This document shows positions 51,918 to 60,852 of a stretch of DNA of 64,000 bases, piece by piece; the stretch's first letter is position 1; every line of letters begins with the position of its first letter. Position numbers and translations under genes: made by a program. The stretch is from Alphaproteobacteria bacterium (GTDB taxonomy: Bacteria; Pseudomonadota; Alphaproteobacteria; UBA828): NCBI GenBank assembly GCA_963422645.2, contig CAXXVO010000012.1, positions 64,001 through 128,000 on the forward strand, in the 5' to 3' direction. The notes under the pieces were generated by a model. That model was not told where the DNA came from, searched no databases, and saw nothing but the letters and a program-made list of their open reading frames with translations.

Positions 51918-53213
51918 ATGAGCAAAGCGAAGGGAAAGAAGGGCTTGAACCGGCGCCACTTCCTTGCATCTGCAGCTGCGGCGACCGCGGCGGTTTCGGC
52001 ACTGTCGGCGCCCACGGTGCTCGCGCAGGGCCGCCCGCGCGTCGTGGTCGTCGGCGGCGGCGCAGGCGGTGCGACGGCGGCACGCTACATCGCCAAGGAT
52101 TCCAAGGGTGCGATAGACGTGACGCTCGTGGAACCGAGCCGCGCCTACTACTCCTGCTTCTTCTCGAACCTCTATATCGGCGGCTTTCGCGAGTTCGCGT
52201 CGATCGGGCACAGCTACGGCGCGCTGGCCGCAAATCACGGGATCAACGTCGTGCACGACTGGGCGGTCTCCATCGACCGCGACGCGCGGAGCGTGGGGCT
52301 CGCGGGCGGGGGCAGCCTCGCCTACGACCGCCTCGTGCTCTCGCCGGGCATCGACTTCCGCGCTGGCTCCGTTCCCGGATGGGACCTGTCGCAGCAGAAC
52401 CGCATGCCGCACGCCTACAAGGCCGGCTCGCAGACCCAGCTCCTCAAGGCGCAGATCGAGGCCATGCCCGAAGGCGGCACCTATTGCATGGTCGCACCGC
52501 CGAACCCCTTCCGCTGCCCGCCGGGGCCCTACGAGCGGATCTCGATGGTGGCCCACGTTCTGAAGCAGTCCAATCCGACGGCGAAGATCATCATCGTCGA
52601 CCCCAAGGAGAAGTTCTCCAAGCAGGGGTTGTTCGAGGAAGGCTGGCAGCGCCACTACCCCGGCATGGTCGAGCGCATCGGCCCGGACTTCGGCGGCGAC
52701 AAGGTCGAGGTGCGGCCCGAGGCCATGGAGGTGGTGGTGGACGGCGAGGCGATGAAGGTGGATGTCTGCAACGTCATCCCCGGGCAGCAGGCGGGGCGCA
52801 TCGCGGCCATCGCGGGCATCACCAACGAAGCCGGCTGGGCGCCGATCGTGCCGCACACCATGCAGAGCCGGGCGGACGAGAACATCCACGTGCTGGGCGA
52901 CGCGGCGCACCAGGGCGACATGCCGAAGTCGGGCTTCTCGGCCAACAGCCAGGCGAAGGCCTGCGCCATGGCGGTGCGCGGGGCGCTTACCGAGTCCTCG
53001 GTGTTCCCGGCGCGCTTCTCCAACACCTGCTGGTCGCTCATCGCCACCGATGACGGCGTCAAGGTCGGCGCCACCTACGAAGCGACCGACGAGAAGATCG
53101 CCAAGACCGACGGCTTCATTTCCAAGACCGGGGAAAGCGCGGAGCTGCGCAAGGCGACCTACGAGGAATCGCTCGGCTGGTACGCCGCCATTTCCGGCGA
53201 CATGTTCAGCTGA
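51918..53213 (+). CDS. soxF: Flavocytochrome c sulfide dehydrogenase flavoprotein (SoxF/FccB)
   Basis: Tat signal, GGGAGG, RCPPGPYER, MPKSG. Confidence 0.88.
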   Translation: MSKAKGKKGLNRRHFLASAAAATAAVSALSAPTVLAQGRPRVVVVGGGAGGATAARYIAKDSKGAIDVTLVEPSRAYYSCFFSNLYIGGFREFASIGHSYGALAANHGINVVHDWAVSIDRDARSVGLAGGGSLAYDRLVLSPGIDFRAGSVPGWDLSQQNRMPHAYKAGSQTQLLKAQIEAMPEGGTYCMVAPPNPFRCPPGPYERISMVAHVLKQSNPTAKIIIVDPKEKFSKQGLFEEGWQRHYPGMVERIGPDFGGDKVEVRPEAMEVVVDGEAMKVDVCNVIPGQQAGRIAAIAGITNEAGWAPIVPHTMQSRADENIHVLGDAAHQGDMPKSGFSANSQAKACAMAVRGALTESSVFPARFSNTCWSLIATDDGVKVGATYEATDEKIAKTDGFISKTGESAELRKATYEESLGWYAAISGDMFS

Positions 53214-53232
53214 TCGTCTTGACGACGCCGCT

Positions 53233-54258
53233 TTAGCGAGCGGCCAGTAACACGCCTGTGGCCCTCGCGCTCGCTGCCATGGCGGCGAGCGCGAGCAGGG
53301 CGGCGAGGCTCGCGGTCGAGACGCCGGAGAGACCGGCGCCGACCGTGCAGCCGCCCGCCAGCACGCCGCCCACGCCCATCATCACGGCGCCGGCGAGGTA
53401 GCGTCCGGTCTGCCGCGGCCCCTCCAGGCTTTGCCAGCGGAATTCGCCGGCCGCCAGCGCCGCGGCCAGGCTGCCGAGAAGGACGCCCGCCGCGAGGCCG
53501 GTGCCGAAGCCGGCCGGAATCGAGGTCGCCGCCACGGCCCAGAAGAGCGTGTCCGCCATCGGGCCGGTGAAGCCCATGGACTGTGCGGGGATCGGGTCGA
53601 AATCGTCCAGCAGCACGAACCCCGTGCCGATCCAGCCGAGCGGCACCAGCAGCCCGATTGCGGCCGCCATCGCCAGATGCGAGATCCGCGCACGGGAGAA
53701 GAGCGCGAAGAGAAACGCGGCGCCCGCAATGATGAGCGGCCAGACCTCGCCCCCGGGCCAGGCCGAGAGCGCGGACACCGCGCCGCCGGGAAGGGTGGCG
53801 TCGCCCACCGCCACGCGGATCGGCGCCAGCGCGCCTTTCATTACCGCATGGGCGGTGACGGCGAAGACGATCAGTACGAGCAGTGCGCGCAGATTGCCGG
53901 TGCCGACCAGCACCGTGAGGCGCGAGACGCAGCCCCCCGTTAGCACCATGCCGGCCCCGAAGAGCGCCCCGCCCAGAAGCACGGACGCGACCGGCAGGTC
54001 GGCCGCGAGAAAGCGGTGCGCTTCGAGGGAGATCAGGTCCAGGGCGACCGCGAGCCGGGTGCCGGCGATCGCCGTCGCCAGCGCCATGACCCAGGTGCCA
54101 AGCGCCGGCAGGCAGTCGCGCCACTCGCCCACCAGGCTGCGGCGCAGGCAGAAGGCGCTGCGCTGCGCCAGCGCGCCGTAGGCCAAGCCCAGCACCAGCC
54201 CCAGCAGGACAGAGGCCGTGATCGGCGTCAGCTCCTCGAACCCGAACTCCTCGAACAT
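53233..54258 (-). CDS. YeeE/YedE sulfur-compound transporter
   Basis: FC, GGC and GGC conserved Cys motifs. Confidence 0.88.
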   Translation of the reverse strand: MFEEFGFEELTPITASVLLGLVLGLAYGALAQRSAFCLRRSLVGEWRDCLPALGTWVMALATAIAGTRLAVALDLISLEAHRFLAADLPVASVLLGGALFGAGMVLTGGCVSRLTVLVGTGNLRALLVLIVFAVTAHAVMKGALAPIRVAVGDATLPGGAVSALSAWPGGEVWPLIIAGAAFLFALFSRARISHLAMAAAIGLLVPLGWIGTGFVLLDDFDPIPAQSMGFTGPMADTLFWAVAATSIPAGFGTGLAAGVLLGSLAAALAAGEFRWQSLEGPRQTGRYLAGAVMMGVGGVLAGGCTVGAGLSGVSTASLAALLALAAMAASARATGVLLAAR

Positions 54259-54350
54259 GGGGAAGCGCCTCCTCCCGGCCGGGACGCCGTCGGGGCGTCC
54301 TCACCGACGGTTGAGTTCACGGCCGTTCTGGGCTATCTCCAGTGAGCCGC

Positions 54351-54426
54351 GTCCCCATCGTCTAGTGGCCTAGGACACCGGCCTCTCACGCCGGAAACGG
54401 GGGTTCGAGTCCCCCTGGGGACGCCA
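54351..54426 (+). tRNA. tRNA-Glu (CTC)
   Basis: GTCCCCA/TGGGGAC acceptor stem, CCGGC-CTCTCAC-GCCGG anticodon arm, GTTCGAG, CCA end. Confidence 0.97.
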
Positions 54427-54492
54427 TCTATTCCGATTTTCTGGCGCTTGTCACGGGCCTAGGCCCGCTGACCCCTCTGCGCCGTCCATATC

Positions 54493-54728
54493 GCGCCCGC
54501 CCTTGAGGGACATGATTAGGGGGGTAAAGAGGGCCGGACCGCAGGTCCGGAGCGCGCGACTGCGCGCCGCGCCGAATGGCGCGTAGGCAAGCGAACGGAG
54601 TGAGCGCCCGCCGTCGAGGGAAATGAATAAGGGTAAAGAGAACCGGACCGCAGGTCCGAAGCGCGCGCCTGCGCGCCGCGCCGAATGGCGCGTAGGCAAG
54701 CGAGCGGAGCGCGCGCCCGCCGTCGAGG
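54493..54728. repeat. Tandem ~110-bp structured repeat (2 units plus a partial)
   Basis: Units start 54493, 54604, 54713; hairpin CGGACCGCAGGTCCG; shared GCGCCGAATGGCGCGTAGGCAAGCGA. Confidence 0.85.
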
Positions 54729-54781
54729 TTTAAAAAAACTAGCGCCCGGCTACGGCCGATAGGTCGATCCCGCCCCGTCCC

Positions 54782-55795
54782 TCACCATGCCGAGGGGTCG
54801 AGGGGAATCTCCGGTGGCCACAACTCGCCGCCCCAGGCCCAGCGATTGGGGCGCGCGATATGCGGAACGTCGTCCGCGTCCTGCGCTCTGCGCGCGTGGC
54901 CGACATCGTGCGCTCTGCGCGCGTGGCCCATATCCTGTTCTTCGCACGCAGCTCCCGCGTCGGGGGCCTCTCGTGCGTCCTCCGGGTCGCGCTCTTCATG
55001 CGCGTCTTCGGAGAGATGCGCGTCCCGCGCGCCGCCCCCATCGTGCGCTCCGCGCACGTGGCCCACATCGTGCGCTTCCGGCTCTCCCCAGGCGAAATGC
55101 CCGGCGCTCGAGTCCGGCGATGGCTCCGGCGGGGCGGCCTCGGGCCCGGCAGGCGCGTTGGCATCCGGCCAGGCCTCCCACGGCTTCGAGCCGAGGCGCT
55201 CGGGGTGGAACCCCGCCTTGATGGCCGGGCCGAGGAGGGCCCTCATTTCCTGCGTGGAAGGGGGCTTGCGCGGGGCCTGAGGAGCGGCGCTCTCGGCCGC
55301 CGTCCGCTCCCCTTTGAGGCGGTGCTTGTCGACGACTTCGATGCGGTGGAGCGCAAGCGCAAGACACGCGATCTCGTCCGGCGAAGGCGGCTCCTCGCGC
55401 GCGGCGAGCTCGCCCATCTTGAGCAGCAAGAGCGACCGCACGCCCTCGACGGCGAGGCGTGCGGTGTGATTCTCTCTACCGGGTCCCTGCCTCTCCGCCC
55501 ATTCCGCGGCTTGGGCGCTGACCTCGCGCTGCAGGTCGATCAGGCCGTGAATGTGTGCGGTGAAGAAGTCGTCGGCGGAATCCGAGCTCTCACCCTCGTG
55601 CGGATCCGCGCGGAGGAACGCGGTCGGGCGAATACTTGCCGCGATTGCGTCGACGGCAGCACCGTCTTCGATCTCTGCCGCAGCGCCCTCCCGGCCCGCG
55701 TCCTGCGCCGGCTCGCCCGCCGAGCCCCCGCCCGTCTCGCCCCTGCCGCCCTGTCGCCTCATCATGCCCCGCCGCCTGCGTCGCTCGCGATTCAT
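54782..55795 (-). CDS. Divergent DUF3486-like protein with His-rich repeats
   Basis: MGELAAREEP..EIACLALALHRIEVVDKHRLKGER aligns with 10927 MAELSQRGEP..ELARLALTLKRIEGTDKLRLERER. Confidence 0.7.
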   Translation of the reverse strand: MNRERRRRRGMMRRQGGRGETGGGSAGEPAQDAGREGAAAEIEDGAAVDAIAASIRPTAFLRADPHEGESSDSADDFFTAHIHGLIDLQREVSAQAAEWAERQGPGRENHTARLAVEGVRSLLLLKMGELAAREEPPSPDEIACLALALHRIEVVDKHRLKGERTAAESAAPQAPRKPPSTQEMRALLGPAIKAGFHPERLGSKPWEAWPDANAPAGPEAAPPEPSPDSSAGHFAWGEPEAHDVGHVRGAHDGGGARDAHLSEDAHEERDPEDAREAPDAGAACEEQDMGHARRAHDVGHARRAQDADDVPHIARPNRWAWGGELWPPEIPLDPSAW

Positions 55796-55847
55796 GCCGC
55801 GATCCTGACGCGTCCGCCTCCGCCCTGTGCACCGCACCATGGTGCGG
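55796..55847 (-). promoter_or_regulatory. Perfect palindrome CCGCACCATGGTGCGG plus candidate -10 (CAGGAT)
   Basis: 55832-55847, 36 nt from ATG 55795. Confidence 0.65.
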
Positions 55848-55850
55848 GGG

Positions 55851-55922
55851 GTCGCTCGCGCCCGAAGGGTCGCGAGCGCGAAACAAGTCGCTCGCGCCCG
55901 AAGGCTCGCGAGCGCGAAACAC
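55851..55922. repeat. Two tandem 36-bp hairpin units
   Basis: GTCGCTCGCGCCCGAAGG(G/C)TCGCGAGCGCGAAACA twice. Confidence 0.85.
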
Positions 55923-55955
55923 AAAAGCCGCGGGTCGCGCACGCCCCCACCACAG

Positions 55956-56057
55956 GTCATGCCCCGACATGCCCGGACTCGTTCCGGGTATCCGGGCATC
56001 CCTCGCCACCAACCGCCACTTCGTCATGCCCGGACTTGATCCGGGCATCCACGGCTT
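55956..56057 (+). repeat. CGTC-type REP palindromes (degenerate 55956-56001; intact 56021-56057)
   Basis: CGTCATGCCCGGACTTGATCCGGGCATCCACGGC. Confidence 0.85.
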
Positions 56058-56066
56058 CCTGCAAGG

Positions 56067-56360
56067 CTACGGCAGGGTTTCGAAAAGATCGTCCCAATTG
56101 GGGTTCTGTTTGCGGATGAGTCTGACCTTCCAGGCGCGCGGCCAGTGCTTCAAGGTCCGCTCTCGCTGAATGGCTGCGGCGATTTCCTCGTGCCGTTCCG
56201 CGTAGACAAGCCGGGTCAGGTCGTACCGCTTGGTGAACCCTTCAAGCAGTCCTTCGCGATGTTCCCACGCCCTGCGCACGATGTTGCTGGTCATGCCGAG
56301 ATAGAGCGTGCCGTTGGGTCGATTGGTCATGATGTAGACCCAGCCCGCGCCCTTTCTCAT
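56067..56360 (-). CDS. Small GIY-YIG nuclease
   Basis: WVYIMTNRPNGTLYLGMTS, AIQRERTLKHWPRAWK..NPNWDDL. Confidence 0.92.
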   Translation of the reverse strand: MRKGAGWVYIMTNRPNGTLYLGMTSNIVRRAWEHREGLLEGFTKRYDLTRLVYAERHEEIAAAIQRERTLKHWPRAWKVRLIRKQNPNWDDLFETLP

Positions 56361-56373
56361 GTCCTTATGCTGC

Positions 56374-56410
56374 AAGCCGTGGATGCCCGGAACAAGTCCG
56401 GGCATGACGA
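56374..56410 (-). repeat. Inverted REP copy
   Basis: 36/37 identical to revcomp of 56021-56057. Confidence 0.9.
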
Positions 56411-56439
56411 TGCAAGGAACCGGCCTTGCGGATGCGGGC

Positions 56440-56685
56440 ATCATGGCGAAGCGCGCCATGCGGGAGCCCGGCGAGATGTGCCCGACGCCCGCCCACGACA
56501 TGCCGACCGAGACGATCCGGGCCCTCCGCCCGCACGAGACCGCCAGTCAAGCGGTGCTCGCGCGTCACCCGAACGTGACCACGAGACTGGTGAGCCAGCT
56601 GGAGCGGGGCGAGAAACGCCCTCGCGGCGCCTCTCTCAAGCTCCTGACCCTGGTGGCGAAGAGGGGCCTCAGCGCGGTCGTGTGA
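56440..56685 (+). pseudogene. XRE-HTH antitoxin-like (HigA-type), degenerate
   Basis: SQAVLAR..VSQLERGEKRPRGASLKLL; no upstream toxin. Confidence 0.7.
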
Positions 56686-56746
56686 GGGTGGTTGCTGGAC
56701 AACACGCAACAGTTGTGAAGTAACGGCGCACGAGCCATCATAAAAT

Positions 56747-59260
56747 CAGACTTCCTGACCTCGTGATGCTGGCTGTTCTGGGCAGCGTGCCGGGAACCCC
56801 TTGAATTCTGATACATTTCGGTTGTTTCAGGCGGTTTTTCGCTGGGTGTCGCGCCCGAGGTCTGATATTATAATTTGATACCAATTGCACGGTCTCAACC
56901 ATGCCCAGTACCCTCCCAATGTGCCCTCCAGAGGCGGTCTCGATCGGCAACAGCTGCTTCGCCGTCCTGATCTCGGACGACACCTTCACCTACTTTTCCA
57001 ACCTCATTCCCTTTGACAGCCACGCCGCCGATGACCGCACGGCCATGCTCTTGCGGATCGGCCGCCTCGCGGCGATCAGCGCGGTCTCGCCGCAGGAACT
57101 GGCTGACGCTTTCGCTGTCTCGCGCGCGACGGTGCAGCGCGCACGACGGCGCTACCTGGCCGAGGGCGAAGCGGGGTTCATGAAGCCCCGGCGCGGTCGC
57201 GGGCCGTCGGTGTTCACTCCGGAGTTGGCGGAGAAGGCGACGGCGTTGCTGGCATCGGGCCTGAGCGGCTCTGCGGCGGCCCGGGTTCTCGGCGTGTCAG
57301 CGCCATCGGTCAACAAGTGGCGCCGTCAGGGACTGATCGGCAACACGGAGGCGGATGGGGAGCCCGGACGCTCAGCGCTGGCTGCGCCGCCTGACGCGGG
57401 TGCGGCTCCTGAAGGCCGTGTCGATGAAGAGAGTACCGGTGCCCCGGGGCCGGAGACGGCGCCGGGGCTGGAAGCGCAGCCGCAAACGGATCGCAGCGCG
57501 CGCGATCGGCGGGACCGGCAGGCGCCGATGGGGCGTGCGACTTGCGATGTTCCGGCTCGGGTTCTGGCCAGTTGTGGACAGGCGGGGCCGGTCGAACCGC
57601 AGTTCGCCGCCGCCGCCCGCGGTGTCCGCTTCGGCGGCGTGCTCGCCGCCCTGCCGGCCCTGCTGAAGGAAGGTCTTCTCTCCGAGACCGGTCTCCTGCC
57701 ATTGCTGCCGAAGGGCTATTACGGCTTGCCTACGATCCTGCTCTTCCTGGCCTTCATGACCTTGGCGCGGGTGCGCAACCCCGAGAGCCTGCGCTACCAG
57801 GCGCCGGGCGAATGGGGCGCCATTCTCGGCCTCGATCGCTGCCCCGAGGTCAAGACGCTGCGCCGCAAGATCGCTCTCATCGCCGACGACGAGGCCGGCG
57901 TGCGGGCGTGGCAGCTCGCCCTTGCCAGGCGCTGGCAAGGCGCCGACGAGCCGGAGCTCTGGGCGACGCTGGCCATCGACGGGCACGTCAAGGTCTACTC
58001 CGGCCGCAAGGGGCGCTTGCCCAAGCACTTCGTCTCGCGCGAGAAGCTGTGCCTGCCGGCGAGCGCCAGCTACTGGATCAACGCTCTGGGCGGCAAGCCG
58101 CTGCTCTGTCTGCACAAGCCGCTGGACCCGAAGATGGTCGCGGCCATCGAAGCCGACGTGGTGCCGGCGCTGCAGGAGCTTGGGATCGTTGGCGCCGGGG
58201 CGCCGGACCTGACCGCCGAGCATCCCGGCCAGCCGGCGCTCACCCTGGTCTTCGACCGCGAGGGCTGGAGCCCGGATCTGTTCCGCCGGCTGGCGAGGCG
58301 CGGCGTCGCCTGCCTGACCTGGCACAAGAACTTCAGGGGCGAGGACTGGCCGGCCGAGGACTTCGGCGCGATGACCGTTCCCATTCACGGACCGGCGGCG
58401 GACGGCAGCGCCACCATGCGGCTGGCTGAGAAGCCGGTGACGTTGCCGAACGGCTTCAGGGTGCGCCAGATCCGCCGCCTGCTCGACAACGGCCGTCAGG
58501 TGCCGCTGATCACCACCGATCCGCACAAGCCGATGGCTGAGGTTGCGGGCGCCATGTTCTCGCGCTGGTCGCAGGAGAACTTCTTCAAGTACATGCGTGA
58601 CGAGTTCAATCTCGACGCCCTGCCGACCCACGAGCTCGAGCCTCTCGATCCCGCCGCCATGGTCGTCAACCCGCTGCGGCGGGCCTATGACAAGGCAATC
58701 CATCGCCTCGACCGCCAGCTTGGCCGCCTGCGCAACCGCATCGCCGACACGGCCCGGAAGAAGCAGCCGACGGCGGAACTCAGGAGGGAAGTCAGGGACC
58801 TCCAGGATGTCCGCGACATCGTCAGGGCCAGCCGCAGGGAGACGCCCAAGCACTGCCGGGCCGGCGACCTCGACGAAGCCGAGCAGCTCGATGCCTTGCC
58901 CGCGCGCGAGCGCCTCCTCCTCGACGTCATCCGGATGATCGCCTACCGCGCCGAAACCCGCATGATGCTTCCCGTCATGCAGGCGCAGGGCCACAAGCCC
59001 CATCCCCGGAAACTGCTTCAAGCGCTGCTCACCGCCGATGCCGACATCCTGCCGGATCCTGGCAATGGCCTCCTGCGGGTCCACATTCTTGGCCTCGCAA
59101 ACGACGCCTGCGACCGTTGGATCGATGCGGTTCTGAGCGACCTGAACGCCACCGAAACGGTCTTCCCCGGCACCCGTCTGCGCATAGTCTACGACATCGA
59201 CGGGGCCTCGGAATCCGCGCGGCTCGTGTCACCTAAAATCAGCAGAGGTCAGGAAGTCTG
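56747..59260 (+). mobile_element. Large DDE IS, copy 2 (apparently intact, 2514 bp)
   Basis: IR CAGACTTCCTGACCTC; flanks AAAAT / AAATT. Confidence 0.92.
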
Positions 59261-59261
59261 A
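56901..59261 (+). CDS. 786-aa putative DDE transposase
   Basis: Two N-terminal HTH-like segments; AIDGH, VFDREG, SRWSQENFFK. Confidence 0.88.
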   Translation: MPSTLPMCPPEAVSIGNSCFAVLISDDTFTYFSNLIPFDSHAADDRTAMLLRIGRLAAISAVSPQELADAFAVSRATVQRARRRYLAEGEAGFMKPRRGRGPSVFTPELAEKATALLASGLSGSAAARVLGVSAPSVNKWRRQGLIGNTEADGEPGRSALAAPPDAGAAPEGRVDEESTGAPGPETAPGLEAQPQTDRSARDRRDRQAPMGRATCDVPARVLASCGQAGPVEPQFAAAARGVRFGGVLAALPALLKEGLLSETGLLPLLPKGYYGLPTILLFLAFMTLARVRNPESLRYQAPGEWGAILGLDRCPEVKTLRRKIALIADDEAGVRAWQLALARRWQGADEPELWATLAIDGHVKVYSGRKGRLPKHFVSREKLCLPASASYWINALGGKPLLCLHKPLDPKMVAAIEADVVPALQELGIVGAGAPDLTAEHPGQPALTLVFDREGWSPDLFRRLARRGVACLTWHKNFRGEDWPAEDFGAMTVPIHGPAADGSATMRLAEKPVTLPNGFRVRQIRRLLDNGRQVPLITTDPHKPMAEVAGAMFSRWSQENFFKYMRDEFNLDALPTHELEPLDPAAMVVNPLRRAYDKAIHRLDRQLGRLRNRIADTARKKQPTAELRREVRDLQDVRDIVRASRRETPKHCRAGDLDEAEQLDALPARERLLLDVIRMIAYRAETRMMLPVMQAQGHKPHPRKLLQALLTADADILPDPGNGLLRVHILGLANDACDRWIDAVLSDLNATETVFPGTRLRIVYDIDGASESARLVSPKISRGQEV

Positions 59262-59675
59262 AATTATGTCGCTTGGGCAGTTTCAAGCCAATCAATTGTT
59301 CTTGGACGCATTCATCTCTGTTGTTAAGGAGAAGGGGTTTTACGTAACACTTGGCGACTATGACCGTGACAAGAAAATTATCCTCAACGCTTCGGCTAGA
59401 TGAATCTTAGGTAGCATTTCTGTGGGAACAACTGTTGAGAACAACTTGCATCGCTATTGTTGCAGAGGAGACAATTGCGTCGACAGTCGTGTGTCGCGCC
59501 GGGGTCATTTCGCCGTCCTCTCTTACCTTCGGGCGAACGCGGGGGTTGCATCTCACCCGGCGCCGCCGCATCCTGCCGTGGCTCCGGGTGCGCGGAGTCG
59601 TGCCATGAGAGTACCGCGCGTTCCGTGCGCCCGGAGCACCGCGCCTTCGGCGTGACGCAACGAGGAGGTATCGCA

Positions 59676-59775
59676 ATGCCGGCTGACGATCTGAGCCTCG
59701 CGATACGCATCCGTGCCGACACGCAGCAGGCGGCGGACGAGATGGGCAAGTTCAACGGCCGCCTCGACGATGCGG
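59676..59775 (+). pseudogene. Possible phage tape-measure N-terminal remnant
   Basis: GAGGAGG RBS then MPADDLSLAIRIRADTQQA. Confidence 0.45.
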
Positions 59776-59970
59776 GCGGGCCCCGCCGCGAGAGCGCCGC
59801 AGTCGCGGCCTGTCGCGCGTCCGTCCAAGTCGGACGCGCTCTAAGTCCCAGCGTGGAAGCACCCGATGGACCGCTCCATCCGAATATGCCGCCCGCGCCG
59901 AACAGGCACGCCGCTGCCGCCACTCCATCGCTCGATTGGTTTTGGACCGGTGCACCGCGGGAGGCAGAGG

Positions 59971-60852
59971 CTAACGAACAAGAGGCCGCTCAGGGATGCT
60001 ATTGCTGATCGCAGAGTGAGTGTGGAACTCGCTCTCTATCGAAGCGACCAAATCGTCAACGTCGTTCTCGTCGACCACCTCCGCCTTGAACGGCACTTTC
60101 CCCAGGATCGCCTTGGCCTTTTCGTAGGCGTCCATGAGCGACGTGTCCTGAGGGCGGCCCAGCAAGAAGTGAAGCTCGATCTGCTCGGACGCTCCGTCGT
60201 GAACGGCTGCCAGGTGGCCAAGCCATCTGCGCGCCTTGACCTTGATGCCTTCGGCATCGGCGAGATCCAGTGACAGTGCCTCGTACGCGTGCCACTGTCC
60301 GTTCTTCCACGCCCTCTCGAATTCAATCCGGTCCTGCGCGCCTACCACCGCCTTGGTTTCGAATGGGACGTCGATGCCACGTTCCGTGAGTTTGTCGCGG
60401 ACGGGCCGCCAGATGTCTTCATCCGTCCTGCGTTTGTCCGCCTTGAGGTCGTACCGAGCTACGTAGCGTGTGTAGAGACGCTCGAACGTCTTGGCAGGAT
60501 CAGCGGTCAGCCCTGTCCCGACCGGCGACCACTGGAGTGCACTGTCGTCGTTGGGGAGAACCTTCAAGGCATGACAGCGGGCATCGGCGTCCTCATCGAA
60601 CAAGGGCGCGTTGCTCGCCTGCTTCGCGACAGCCGCAACGCCGCGGTCGACCGCGCGCATGGACATTACGAAGGCACTGCGGTCCAGGTCGGGAAAGGCC
60701 TGCTTCAGCCGGCCGATGGTCTTGCGTGTGCGCACCTTCAGGAACTCGGCCTTCGGCGCGTGCATGACGACGCCGACGTTGAGTGCTTCTCCCGACACGA
60801 CGTCATGGACGTAGCGCAGCACCGTGTAGCTGTAGGCTTGCTTCTCGGTCAT
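59971..60852 (-). CDS. DUF3037-domain protein
   Basis: YSYTVLRYVHDVVSGEALNVGVV N-terminus. Confidence 0.85.
   Translation of the reverse strand: MTEKQAYSYTVLRYVHDVVSGEALNVGVVMHAPKAEFLKVRTRKTIGRLKQAFPDLDRSAFVMSMRAVDRGVAAVAKQASNAPLFDEDADARCHALKVLPNDDSALQWSPVGTGLTADPAKTFERLYTRYVARYDLKADKRRTDEDIWRPVRDKLTERGIDVPFETKAVVGAQDRIEFERAWKNGQWHAYEALSLDLADAEGIKVKARRWLGHLAAVHDGASEQIELHFLLGRPQDTSLMDAYEKAKAILGKVPFKAEVVDENDVDDLVASIESEFHTHSAISNSIPERPLVR

Noticed and set aside
54493-55922. CRISPR array
   Set aside because: Repeats occur only twice, lack unique spacers of regular length, and there are no cas genes.
59266-59403. 45-aa AT-rich ORF (MSLGQFQANQ...)
   Set aside because: No recognisable motif; likely a fragment at the IS junction.
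59566-59607. Fourth copy of the CCGCACCATGGTGCGG cassette motif
   Set aside because: Only 11/16 matches and a 23-nt spacing to the ATG.
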